Origin: Acidobacteriota bacterium
GTDB lineage: Bacteria; Acidobacteriota; UBA4820; DSQY01
Direction: 5' to 3'
Assembly: GCA_049967655.1 (NCBI GenBank)
Contig: JBMFSH010000019.1
Span: 1-52,366 of the forward strand
Length of the DNA stretch: 52,366 nucleotides
Shown here one piece after another: positions 19,224 to 27,647 of this stretch. Position 1 is the stretch's first letter. Every line of letters starts with the position of its first letter. Position numbers and translations under genes: made by a program. The notes beneath the pieces are model-generated. The model was not told the DNA's origin, made no database searches, and worked only from the letters and a program-made list of their open reading frames with translations.

Positions 19224-20738
19224 ATGAACGAGGAGCCGAATCGACCGTGGCCCACAGTTGGCGCCGCGGATCAGGAAGTGAGACCGGGCGGACCCGCCGA
19301 GGATGTGGTGGAGCCGGCGGACGCCCTACCGGAAGCGAGTTTAGAGCAGCTCTCCCCCAGAATTCGGGAGGCGGCCGCCCGGGCCGGATGGAGCTCTCTC
19401 ATGCCCGTTCAGGCCAAGGGGATCCCCTATTTCCTGGCCAAGCGGGACCTCATGGTCCAGTCCCGCACGGGAAGCGGTAAGACGGGGGCCTACCTCCTGC
19501 CCATCCTGGACCGCATCGACCTCGAGCGAGCCTCCTGCCAGGCGCTCGTGCTCGTGCCCACCCGGGAGCTGGCTCTCCAGGTCTCCCGCGAGGCTGAGCT
19601 CCTCTGCGGCTCGGCGGGGATGCGCTCCGTCGTGGTCTACGGCGGCGCCGCCTACGGGCCCCAGATCGAGGGCTTCAAGAAGGGGGCGCACCTCGTGGTG
19701 GGGACCCCGGGCCGGATCCTGGACCACCTCCTCAAGCGGACCCTTTCGCTGAAGGACCTTCGCATCCTCGTTTTCGACGAAGCCGACCGGATGCTCTCCA
19801 TGGGGTTCTATCCCGACATGCGGAGGCTGCAAAAGTTCGTGCCGGAGCACCGCATCAACGGCTACATGTTCTCCGCCACCTATCCGGCCTTCGTGCTCCG
19901 CCTGGCGGGCGAGTTTCTGAAAGAGCCCGAGTTTCTCAGCCTGAGCCGCGACCGCGTCCACGTGGCGGAGACGGAGCACATCTTCTACATCGTCCCCCCC
20001 ATGAAGAAGGACCGGAGCCTCGTGAAGATCATCGAGGTGGAGAACCCGCTCTCGGCCATCATCTTCTGCAACACCAAGGCGAACGTGCACTACGTCTCGG
20101 TGGTCCTCCAGCGCTTCGGGTACGACGCCGACGAACTGAGCGCCGACCTTTCGCAGGCGGCGCGCGAGAAGGTGATGGCCAGGCTCCGGAAGGGCGAGCT
20201 CCGGTTTCTGGTGGCCACGGACGTGGCGGCCCGGGGCATCGACATCCCCGACCTCTCCCACGTGATCCAGTACGAGCCCGGCGAGGACCCTGAATCTTAC
20301 ATCCACAGGGCCGGCCGTACGGGCCGGGCGGGTGCCACCGGGCAGTCCATCACCCTGGTGGCGGGTATGGAGGAGATCAAGCTCCGGCAGGTGGGCGAGC
20401 AGTATGGCATTCCGCTCCAGGAGCGGGCGCTGCCCACCGACGAGGAGGTGGGGACTCTGGTGGGCCAGCGCGTCACGGCCAAGCTCGAGGCCGACCTGCG
20501 CTCCCGCGACGGCCTTCAGCTCGAACGTATGAACCGCTTCACGGCACTGGCCCGCAGCCTCGGGCAGGAGGAGGACGAGGCGGCCGTGGTGGCCATGCTC
20601 CTGGACGACTACTACCAGCGCACCCTCAACGCGGCCCCCGAGGCGCCGGTGGAGGCTCGCCCCGCCGCCCAGACGCGCACCGTTTCCGATCGAAGGCCTT
20701 CGAGCAACAGGTCCCCCCGCAGGCGGAGGGACCGCTGA
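19224..20738 (+). CDS. DEAD-box ATP-dependent RNA helicase
   Basis: Q motif, SRTGSGKT, PTRELA, TPGR, DEAD, SAT, ATDVAARGID, HRAGRTGR; start position uncertain. Confidence 0.95.
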   Translation: MNEEPNRPWPTVGAADQEVRPGGPAEDVVEPADALPEASLEQLSPRIREAAARAGWSSLMPVQAKGIPYFLAKRDLMVQSRTGSGKTGAYLLPILDRIDLERASCQALVLVPTRELALQVSREAELLCGSAGMRSVVVYGGAAYGPQIEGFKKGAHLVVGTPGRILDHLLKRTLSLKDLRILVFDEADRMLSMGFYPDMRRLQKFVPEHRINGYMFSATYPAFVLRLAGEFLKEPEFLSLSRDRVHVAETEHIFYIVPPMKKDRSLVKIIEVENPLSAIIFCNTKANVHYVSVVLQRFGYDADELSADLSQAAREKVMARLRKGELRFLVATDVAARGIDIPDLSHVIQYEPGEDPESYIHRAGRTGRAGATGQSITLVAGMEEIKLRQVGEQYGIPLQERALPTDEEVGTLVGQRVTAKLEADLRSRDGLQLERMNRFTALARSLGQEEDEAAVVAMLLDDYYQRTLNAAPEAPVEARPAAQTRTVSDRRPSSNRSPRRRRDR

Positions 20739-20748
20739 GGATTGAGGC

Positions 20749-21033
20749 GTGCGAAGGAGGATCGGAGGGGGCATCCCCGCCACCCTAACCAGCAGCCTGC
20801 TCATGGCCTACCTCCTCTCCTTCCGTTTCTGCTGGGTCGTTCTCGCCGCCGTCCTTACGGCCCAGAGCGATCCCGCGTGGACCCTGGCCCGTACCCTCCT
20901 CGGGCCGTCCTGCTCGGGTTCTTTCTTCCTGATGGGAGTTCTCCTAGGGCTCTGGGGGGATGGTTCGCCTCTGGCGGCGCGGCCCGTGACGGGTCGGCCG
21001 ACTTGCGGCGGACTCACCGGGAACCTATGGTAA
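20749..21033 (+). other. Possible hydrophobic small ORF or membrane-protein remnant
   Basis: Hydrophobic stretches (LLMAYLLSFRFCWVVLAAVL, FFLMGVLLGLW) but no recognisable family. Confidence 0.25.
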
Positions 21034-21148
21034 GTATGTTGGTCTGTCGCCGCGCCTGAGGGCGAGTGCGACCGTCCGCGCCCTTGTGAGCTGCGCTTCC
21101 GAAGAATCCCATCTCCAGGGGACCGAACCTTTAAGCTAGGGTGCCGAG

Positions 21149-23416
21149 ATGAGCCGACTGCTGATCGTGTCCAACCGCCTTCCCGTGACCGTCACCCGCG
21201 CGGACGGAGACTTCACCATCAGCCCGTCGGCGGGAGGCCTGGCCACGGGCCTCAGGGGGCCGCATCAGCGCTCGGGCGCCCTCTGGATCGGCTGGCCGGG
21301 CGACCTGCCCCGGCTGAGCAAGGAGGAGCGAACCGTTCTCGAAGAGCGCCTCGCGGCGGTGGGTACGGCGCCCGTCTATCTGACCCAGGCGGAGGTCCGC
21401 CGCTACTACGAGGGTTTCGCCAACGGCGTGCTCTGGCCCCTCTTTCACTACCTGACCGACAAGGTCCAGCCGGACGAGGGCGAGAACTGGCTCGCCTACA
21501 CGGAGGCCAACCAGCACTTCGCCGAAGCGGTGGCGGCCCACTACCGCCGCGGCGACGTGGTCTGGGTCCACGATTATCAGCTGGCCCTCGTTCCGGTGCT
21601 TTTGCGGCAGATCCTGCCCGAGGCGCGAATCGGCTTCTTCCTGCACATCCCCTTTCCCTCCTCCGACGTCTTCCGAGTCCTGCCCTGGCGCACGGAGATA
21701 CTGGAGGGAATTCTCGGGGCGGACCTCGTGGGTTTTCACACCTACCCCTACCTGCGCCACTTCAGCCGCTCCATCAACCTCATCCTCAGGAGAGAGGTGA
21801 CGGCCAACCGCGTACACTACTCCAACCGGGAGATCCGGCTCGGGGTTTTTCCCATGGGCATCGACGCCGGGCACTTCGAGAGGATGGCCGAGACCTCGCC
21901 GGTGCTGGAGGAGGTGGCCTCCATCCGAAGGGATCTGGGGGGCCGCAAACTCCTCCTCGGCATCGACCGGCTGGACTACACGAAGGGGCTGCCCCACCGG
22001 ATCATGGCCGTGGAGCGGCTCGTCGAGCGGGAGCCCTCGCTCCGCGGAAAGATTCGCTTCGTGCAGGTGGTGGTTCCCTCGCGGACCAAAGTGGAGTCCT
22101 ACAGGAACTACCGGCAGGAGCTGGACGGCCTCGTGGGCCGCGTGAACTCCCGTCACGCCACGATCCACTCGGTGCTCATCCACTACCTCTACCACTCCAT
22201 CTCCCAGGAGCAGCTCGTGGCCTTCTACCGGGCGGCGGACGTCATGCTCGTGACGCCCCTCCGAGACGGAATGAACCTGGTGGCTAAGGAGTTCGTGGCC
22301 ACGAGGACGGATGACTCTGGGGTGCTCGTGCTGAGCGAGTTCGCGGGCGCCGCCGCCGAACTGGCCGAGGCGCTGCAGGTCAACCCCTACGACACGGACG
22401 CCACGGCCAGCGCCATCCTGGCGGCGCTGTCCATGACCGAGGAGGAACGCCGCACGCGCATGCAGGCCCTAAGGCGGCGGGTGTCCACCTACGACTCCTA
22501 CCGCTGGGCGGAGAGTTTTCTGGCGGCCCTTGAGGCGGCCCGCCCCCGAACTGCAACCCGAGCCGGCCGGGTCAGCTCCCCCCAAACCCTGGCCCGCGCG
22601 GCCGAGCAGCTCAAGGAGGCCTGGGGACGCGTGCTGTTGCTCGACTACGACGGAACCCTGGTGCCCTATGCCACCTCGCCGCAGTTGGCCGCCCCCGACG
22701 CGGAGCTCCTGGAGCTGCTGAAGGCCCTGGCGGCCCATCCTCGCACGGTGGTCCACCTCATCAGCGGCCGCCCGCCCAACGTGATCCAGCGGTGGTTCGG
22801 CTCCCTTCCCATCACCCTCCACGCCGAGCACGGCTTCTGGTCGCGGTTCTACCCGGGTGGATGGTGGCTTCCCCTCCACGCCGAGGCCCCCGGCTGGAAG
22901 GAGAAGGTTGCCTCCATCCTGAACGACGCCCTCAGGACGACGCCGGGCTCCTTCGTGGAGGAGAAGACGGCGGCCATGGCCTGGCACTACGGCATGGCCG
23001 ACCCCGAGTTCGGCGAGCGTCAGGCGGCCGAACTCACGCGCCGCCTCTTGCGCGACCTCAAGGAGCTGGGCGTGGACCTGGTGCCCGGCAACAAGGTGCT
23101 TGAAGTCCGCATGGCGGGAACTCACAAGGGGGTGATCGTGGAGCGGATCGGGCTGGAGCCGGCGGACGGAATGGGGGTCCTCGCCATGGGTGACCACCGG
23201 ACCGACGAAGAGCTGTTCGCCGTGCTGCCTCCGGGGAGCATCACGGTGCACGTGGGGGCCAGGTCCAGCAGGGCCGCCTACCGCGTCAGCGGGCCGGCGG
23301 AGGCCCGCGCCTTTCTCCGCATGCTGCTGGACGAGAGAGTGGAAAGCACGGTGGAGAGGGCCGAGACCCAGGGCCAGGAGGTGGGGAGCGGAGGGCAGTC
23401 CGAGGCCCGAGAGTGA
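21149..23416 (+). CDS. otsA: Bifunctional trehalose-6-phosphate synthase/phosphatase (GT20 plus HAD)
   Basis: [53 protein letters not shown]-terminal [11 protein letters not shown] domain. Confidence 0.95.
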   Translation: MSRLLIVSNRLPVTVTRADGDFTISPSAGGLATGLRGPHQRSGALWIGWPGDLPRLSKEERTVLEERLAAVGTAPVYLTQAEVRRYYEGFANGVLWPLFHYLTDKVQPDEGENWLAYTEANQHFAEAVAAHYRRGDVVWVHDYQLALVPVLLRQILPEARIGFFLHIPFPSSDVFRVLPWRTEILEGILGADLVGFHTYPYLRHFSRSINLILRREVTANRVHYSNREIRLGVFPMGIDAGHFERMAETSPVLEEVASIRRDLGGRKLLLGIDRLDYTKGLPHRIMAVERLVEREPSLRGKIRFVQVVVPSRTKVESYRNYRQELDGLVGRVNSRHATIHSVLIHYLYHSISQEQLVAFYRAADVMLVTPLRDGMNLVAKEFVATRTDDSGVLVLSEFAGAAAELAEALQVNPYDTDATASAILAALSMTEEERRTRMQALRRRVSTYDSYRWAESFLAALEAARPRTATRAGRVSSPQTLARAAEQLKEAWGRVLLLDYDGTLVPYATSPQLAAPDAELLELLKALAAHPRTVVHLISGRPPNVIQRWFGSLPITLHAEHGFWSRFYPGGWWLPLHAEAPGWKEKVASILNDALRTTPGSFVEEKTAAMAWHYGMADPEFGERQAAELTRRLLRDLKELGVDLVPGNKVLEVRMAGTHKGVIVERIGLEPADGMGVLAMGDHRTDEELFAVLPPGSITVHVGARSSRAAYRVSGPAEARAFLRMLLDERVESTVERAETQGQEVGSGGQSEARE

Positions 23417-23657
23417 AGCAGTGCCCGATGCGAGGCGGGGACGGGCGGTGCGACACGCAAGAGGCAGAGAGCTGCGTGCGAGGGACGATACGACCCCTCT
23501 GTACTCCTTCGGCAGAATCCGGCGCCCCGCAGTCCCTCCCTCCGGTCTCCCTCACTGCGCTCTTCACCGGAGGGGGCCAAACTGGTACAGTAGCCGTTCA
23601 GCAGGGCGGCGCCCGCTTTTGCGGGGTGCCTCCCGGCGACCGCCACCTGGAGGAGCG

Positions 23658-25802
23658 ATGGACCGGACCCCCCGATTCCCCGACATCCCGCAGCGCATCG
23701 GAGGCCTCGAGAAGCTGGCCTACAACCTCTGGTGGAGCTGGAACCCCGACGCCCGGGCTCTCTTTTGGGCGCTGGACCTGGCCGTCTGGCGCGAGAGCGG
23801 TCACAACCCCATCCGCATGCTGGCCCTCCTGCCCGGCGCGCGGCTGAGGGAGGCCTCGGAGGAGGCGGCCTTCCTGCGGCGGTACGACGCGGTCATGGCC
23901 CGATTCGAGGCGGAGACGGCCGGGCGCGAGGGCTGGTTCACCCGCCGGTACGGCTCGCCCCGGGCGCCCCTGGCCTACTTCTCGGCCGAGTATGGGCTGC
24001 ACGTGTCTCTCCCCATGTACGCCGGAGGGCTGGGCATCCTGGCGGGGGACTACCTCAAGGAGTGCAGCGACATGGCCATCCCCGTGGTGGCCGTGGGCCT
24101 GCTCTACTCGCGCGGCTACGTCACCCAGCGCATCCGCGAGGACGGCTCGCCCGAGGACCTGCGCGAGACGCTGGACCGCACCTACGACCCCGTCCGGCGC
24201 GTGCTGGACGGCGAGGGCCGCCCGCTCGCCGTGCAGGTGCCGCTCTTCGATCCGCCCCTCCACGTGGCGGTCTGGAAGGTGGAGGTGGGCCGGGTCCCCC
24301 TCTACCTCATGGACACCGACCTGGAGACGAACCAGCCGTGGGACCGCGCCATTGCCCACCACCTCTACGCCATACAGCCGGAACAGCGGTTGAGGCAGGA
24401 GATCGTGCTCGGCATGGGCGGCATGCGGGTCCTGGAGGCCCTGGGTCTGAGTCCGGGCGCCGTCCACATCAACGAGGGCCATCCGGCGCTGGCGCTGCTC
24501 CAACGCGTCCGGCCGCTGATGGAGCAGGGGATGGGGTTCACGGAGGCGCTGGAGGAGGTTCGGAGGACCACGGTTTTCACGACCCATACGCCCGTCTCGG
24601 CGGGCACCGACGTCTTCCCCTTCGCCATGATGGAGAAGTACTTCGCCCACTGCTGTCAGGATCTGGGGGTGGACCATAAGCAGTTCCTGGGCCTCGGGAC
24701 CCATCCCCAGCAGCCCGAGGCGGGCTTCAACACGACCGCCTTCGCCCTGCGCATGAGTCGCTTCGCCAACGGCGTGAGCCGGCGGCACGGCGAGGTGGCC
24801 CGCGAGATCTGGGCCCCCCTCTGGCCGGAGCGCCCCGCGGAGGAGGTCCCCATCGCCGCGGTGACCAACGGCGTGCACCTGCCCACCTGGATCGACCCGC
24901 ACCGTCTGCAGCCCCTTTTTGACCGCGTGCTGGGGCCCGACTGGAGGGACCGGCAGGACGACCCCAGCCTCTGGGACAAGGTGGAGGAGATCCCCGACGA
25001 GGAGCTGTGGCGCCTCCACCAGGAATTGAAGGTCCGGCTCATCGACCACATCCACAAGCGGGCCCGCCCCCGCTGGGAGCGGCGGCAGGTCTCGGCGCAG
25101 AACGTCATCGCCAGCGGCGCCCTGCTCGACGCCAAGGTCCTGACCTTGGGCTTCGCCCGGCGCTTCACCGCCTACAAGCGCCCCGACCTGCTGCTCCGGG
25201 ACAAGGACCGGCTCATGCGCCTCGTCACCGATCCGCTCCGGCCGGTGCAGATCATCTTCGCCGGCAAGGCCCACCCCGCGGACACGGAGGGCAAGCGCCT
25301 CGTTCAGGAGGTCTTCCGCCTCTGCCAGGACCCCGCCTTCGCGGGGCGGCTGGCCTTCGTGGAGGACTACGACCAGGCCCTCGCCTCCTACCTGGTTCGC
25401 GGCGTGGACGTCTGGCTCAACAACCCCGTTCCGCCCCTGGAGGCCAGCGGCACCAGCGGCATGAAGGCCGGCATGAACGGAACCCTCAACTGCTCCATCC
25501 TGGACGGGTGGTGGATCGAGGGCTTCAGCGGGAAGAACGGATGGTCCTTCGGGGAAGAGGCTTCCGGCGATGGGGACCGATTCTCCGCCGATGCCGGCGC
25601 GCTCTTCCGCCTCCTGGAAGAGCAGGTGGTGCCCCTCTACTACGCTTACAACGGCGGCATCCCCAAGGGATGGGTGCGCCGCATGAAGGAATCCATCAAG
25701 ACCGTGGCCCCGCTCTTCGGCACCCGCCGCATGGTCCGGGAGTACGTGGAACAGTTCTACGTCGCCGCCCTCGGCCTTCACGAAAACGGCGCCGGTTCCT
25801 GA
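23658..25802 (+). CDS. glgP: Alpha-glucan (glycogen/maltodextrin) phosphorylase, GT35
   Basis: LAYNLWWSW, YFSAEYG, GGLGILAGD, HINEGH, FTTHTP, ARRFTAYKR, EASGTSGMKA (PLP lysine); ATG behind GGAGGAG. Confidence 0.95.
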   Translation: MDRTPRFPDIPQRIGGLEKLAYNLWWSWNPDARALFWALDLAVWRESGHNPIRMLALLPGARLREASEEAAFLRRYDAVMARFEAETAGREGWFTRRYGSPRAPLAYFSAEYGLHVSLPMYAGGLGILAGDYLKECSDMAIPVVAVGLLYSRGYVTQRIREDGSPEDLRETLDRTYDPVRRVLDGEGRPLAVQVPLFDPPLHVAVWKVEVGRVPLYLMDTDLETNQPWDRAIAHHLYAIQPEQRLRQEIVLGMGGMRVLEALGLSPGAVHINEGHPALALLQRVRPLMEQGMGFTEALEEVRRTTVFTTHTPVSAGTDVFPFAMMEKYFAHCCQDLGVDHKQFLGLGTHPQQPEAGFNTTAFALRMSRFANGVSRRHGEVAREIWAPLWPERPAEEVPIAAVTNGVHLPTWIDPHRLQPLFDRVLGPDWRDRQDDPSLWDKVEEIPDEELWRLHQELKVRLIDHIHKRARPRWERRQVSAQNVIASGALLDAKVLTLGFARRFTAYKRPDLLLRDKDRLMRLVTDPLRPVQIIFAGKAHPADTEGKRLVQEVFRLCQDPAFAGRLAFVEDYDQALASYLVRGVDVWLNNPVPPLEASGTSGMKAGMNGTLNCSILDGWWIEGFSGKNGWSFGEEASGDGDRFSADAGALFRLLEEQVVPLYYAYNGGIPKGWVRRMKESIKTVAPLFGTRRMVREYVEQFYVAALGLHENGAGS

Positions 25803-25967
25803 CCGCCGGCGTTCCGCCGGGCCGGCTTCGACCGGAGGGCCGAACTGAACGAATGAATCATGCTCCTCGCGCGTTTGACTACAATGAACCCCTCGACGGT
25901 CACGAGACGGCCGCGAGGAGAGCCGCGTCTCTCGCGGCTCCAGCACGCCAATCCATGGAGGTTCCGC

Positions 25968-27389
25968 ATGACCCACACCGTCCTCAAGACCGCCGCCCTG
26001 CTGGCGGCCCTCGCCGCCCTGCCCGTCCTCGCCCAGTACAAGCCCGGCCCCGGCGAGGAGCCCACCCCCGCCGCCGGTCTCTCCGCCAAGGACATCCAGG
26101 AGATCCGCTCCTCCCTCACCATGACCCCGCCCCTGAAGGCCACCCAGAACGCGCTCGCCGATCACATGATCAATGACCTGGCGATCAACCGGGAGAAGGC
26201 TCTCGCCAACGACGACCTCTTCACGCACGTCATCAAGAACCCCGGATCCATCACGGATCAGGCGCGCTCGGGCCGGTGCTGGCTCTTCGCCGGTCTCAAC
26301 ATCCTGCGCCCCCAAGTCATGAACAAGTTCAACATGAAGGACTTCACCCTCTCCCAGGCGTATGAGGACTTCTGGGACAAGGTGGAGCGGGCCAACCGGG
26401 CGCTGGAGCTGGCCGTCGCGCTGAGCAAGGAGCCCCTGGACAGCCGCAAGAACATGCACCTCCTCAAGAGCCCCATGGATGACGGAGGCGACTGGAACTA
26501 CGTCCTGGGCCTCGTGGACAAGTACGGGGTGGTGCCGGAGGAGGTCATGCCGGACACCTTCAGCGCCTCCCACACGGACCAGATGAACAAGCTCCTGAAC
26601 ACCGAGGTGCGCAAGGGCGTGCTCGAGCTTCGCCAAGCCGTCCAAAAGGGGGAGCCCGCCTCCAAGATCCAGCAGATCAAGATGGGAACCCTCGACCGCG
26701 TCTACAAGATCCTCGTCCTCTGTATGGGCGAGCCGCCGCAGTCCTTCCAGTGGCGGTACGAGGGAAAGGACGGTAAGGTCTCTCCCCTCAAGACCTACAC
26801 GCCCCAGAGCTTCTACCAGGAGTTCGTGGGCAGTGACCTCCACAACTACGAGTGCTTCGTCAACTATCCCGGCAAGCCCATGCACGAGAGGCTCCAGTGG
26901 GCCTGGGACCGCGACATGGCCGACCACCCCGACCTGACCGCCGTCAACATCACCTCCGAGGAGATGACCGACATGGCCAAGGCCTCCGTCCTGGGTGACC
27001 AGGTCGTCTGGTTCGCGGCCGACGCCGGCGCCCAGGGCAACCGCAAGGCGGGTCTTTGGGCCGAGAACGCGGAAGATTACGACGACCTCTTCGGCCTCAA
27101 CTTCAGCATGGACAAGAAGGATGCCCTCGAGACCCTCAACGGCGCCCCCGACCACGCCATGGTCTTTGTCGGTGTGGACATCCAGAACGGCAAGCCCGAC
27201 AAGTGGAAGGTCGAGAACTCCTGGGGCAAGAAGGCCGGCAAGGAGGGCTTCTTCACCATCGACCAGGGTTGGTTCAACCAGCACGTCTACGAGATCATCG
27301 TGGACAAGCGCTTCGTCCCGCCCGCCATCCAGAAAATCGTGGACCAGAAGCCCTACATCCTCCCCCCCTGGGACCCCTTCGGCGCCTGA
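25968..27389 (+). CDS. Secreted C1B cysteine aminopeptidase (PepC/bleomycin hydrolase family)
   Basis: Signal peptide; QARSGRCWLFA (Cys), HAM (His), ENSWG (Asn), C-terminal PPWDPFGA; GGAGG RBS. Confidence 0.93.
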   Translation: MTHTVLKTAALLAALAALPVLAQYKPGPGEEPTPAAGLSAKDIQEIRSSLTMTPPLKATQNALADHMINDLAINREKALANDDLFTHVIKNPGSITDQARSGRCWLFAGLNILRPQVMNKFNMKDFTLSQAYEDFWDKVERANRALELAVALSKEPLDSRKNMHLLKSPMDDGGDWNYVLGLVDKYGVVPEEVMPDTFSASHTDQMNKLLNTEVRKGVLELRQAVQKGEPASKIQQIKMGTLDRVYKILVLCMGEPPQSFQWRYEGKDGKVSPLKTYTPQSFYQEFVGSDLHNYECFVNYPGKPMHERLQWAWDRDMADHPDLTAVNITSEEMTDMAKASVLGDQVVWFAADAGAQGNRKAGLWAENAEDYDDLFGLNFSMDKKDALETLNGAPDHAMVFVGVDIQNGKPDKWKVENSWGKKAGKEGFFTIDQGWFNQHVYEIIVDKRFVPPAIQKIVDQKPYILPPWDPFGA

Positions 27390-27419
27390 TCCGGTCCCCA
27401 TCCATTTTCGCCACACGCC

Positions 27420-27444
27420 AAGGCGGGGGCTCGTCCCCCGCCTT
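27420..27444. terminator. Hairpin between convergent peptidase and GH57 genes (possible terminator)
   Basis: AAGGCGGGGG-CTCGT-CCCCCGCCTT perfect 10-bp stem; only weak U-tracts. Confidence 0.4.
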
Positions 27445-27595
27445 CGGCGTTTCAGGCGCGGGGCATGGCGGACAGGTGGTTGGATGGGGAGGTGAGCGCG
27501 ACCAGCTTCTGGGCCCCCACTACGCGGTCGCACGCCTGGGCTACACCTACCACCTGGCCGAACAGCCCGTGGCCGAGTCGCGCTCCGTGCTCCAA

Positions 27596-27634
27596 TCCCA
27601 AAAGTCTTTCTCTGTGCCTCTGCGTCTCTGTGGT
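27596..27634 (-). repeat. ACCACAGAG(A/G)C(A/G)CAGAG octamer-type micro-repeat, copy 1
   Basis: Near-identical to 30271-30308; lies 13 bp downstream of the GH57 stop. Confidence 0.75.
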
Positions 27635-27647
27635 CTCTCCCTTCCCG

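Noticed and set aside
23413..23570. Possible degenerate palindromic element between otsAB and glgP
   Set aside because: Only weak terminal complementarity (GTGAAG...CTTCAC) and no second copy in the window.
23190..23657. Apparent N-terminal extension of GlgP
   Set aside because: Low-complexity, overlaps otsAB; strong RBS at 23658.
23598..27533. 1311-aa minus-strand ORF
   Set aside because: Antisense shadow of glgP and the C1 peptidase caused by GC-biased codons; no motifs of its own.
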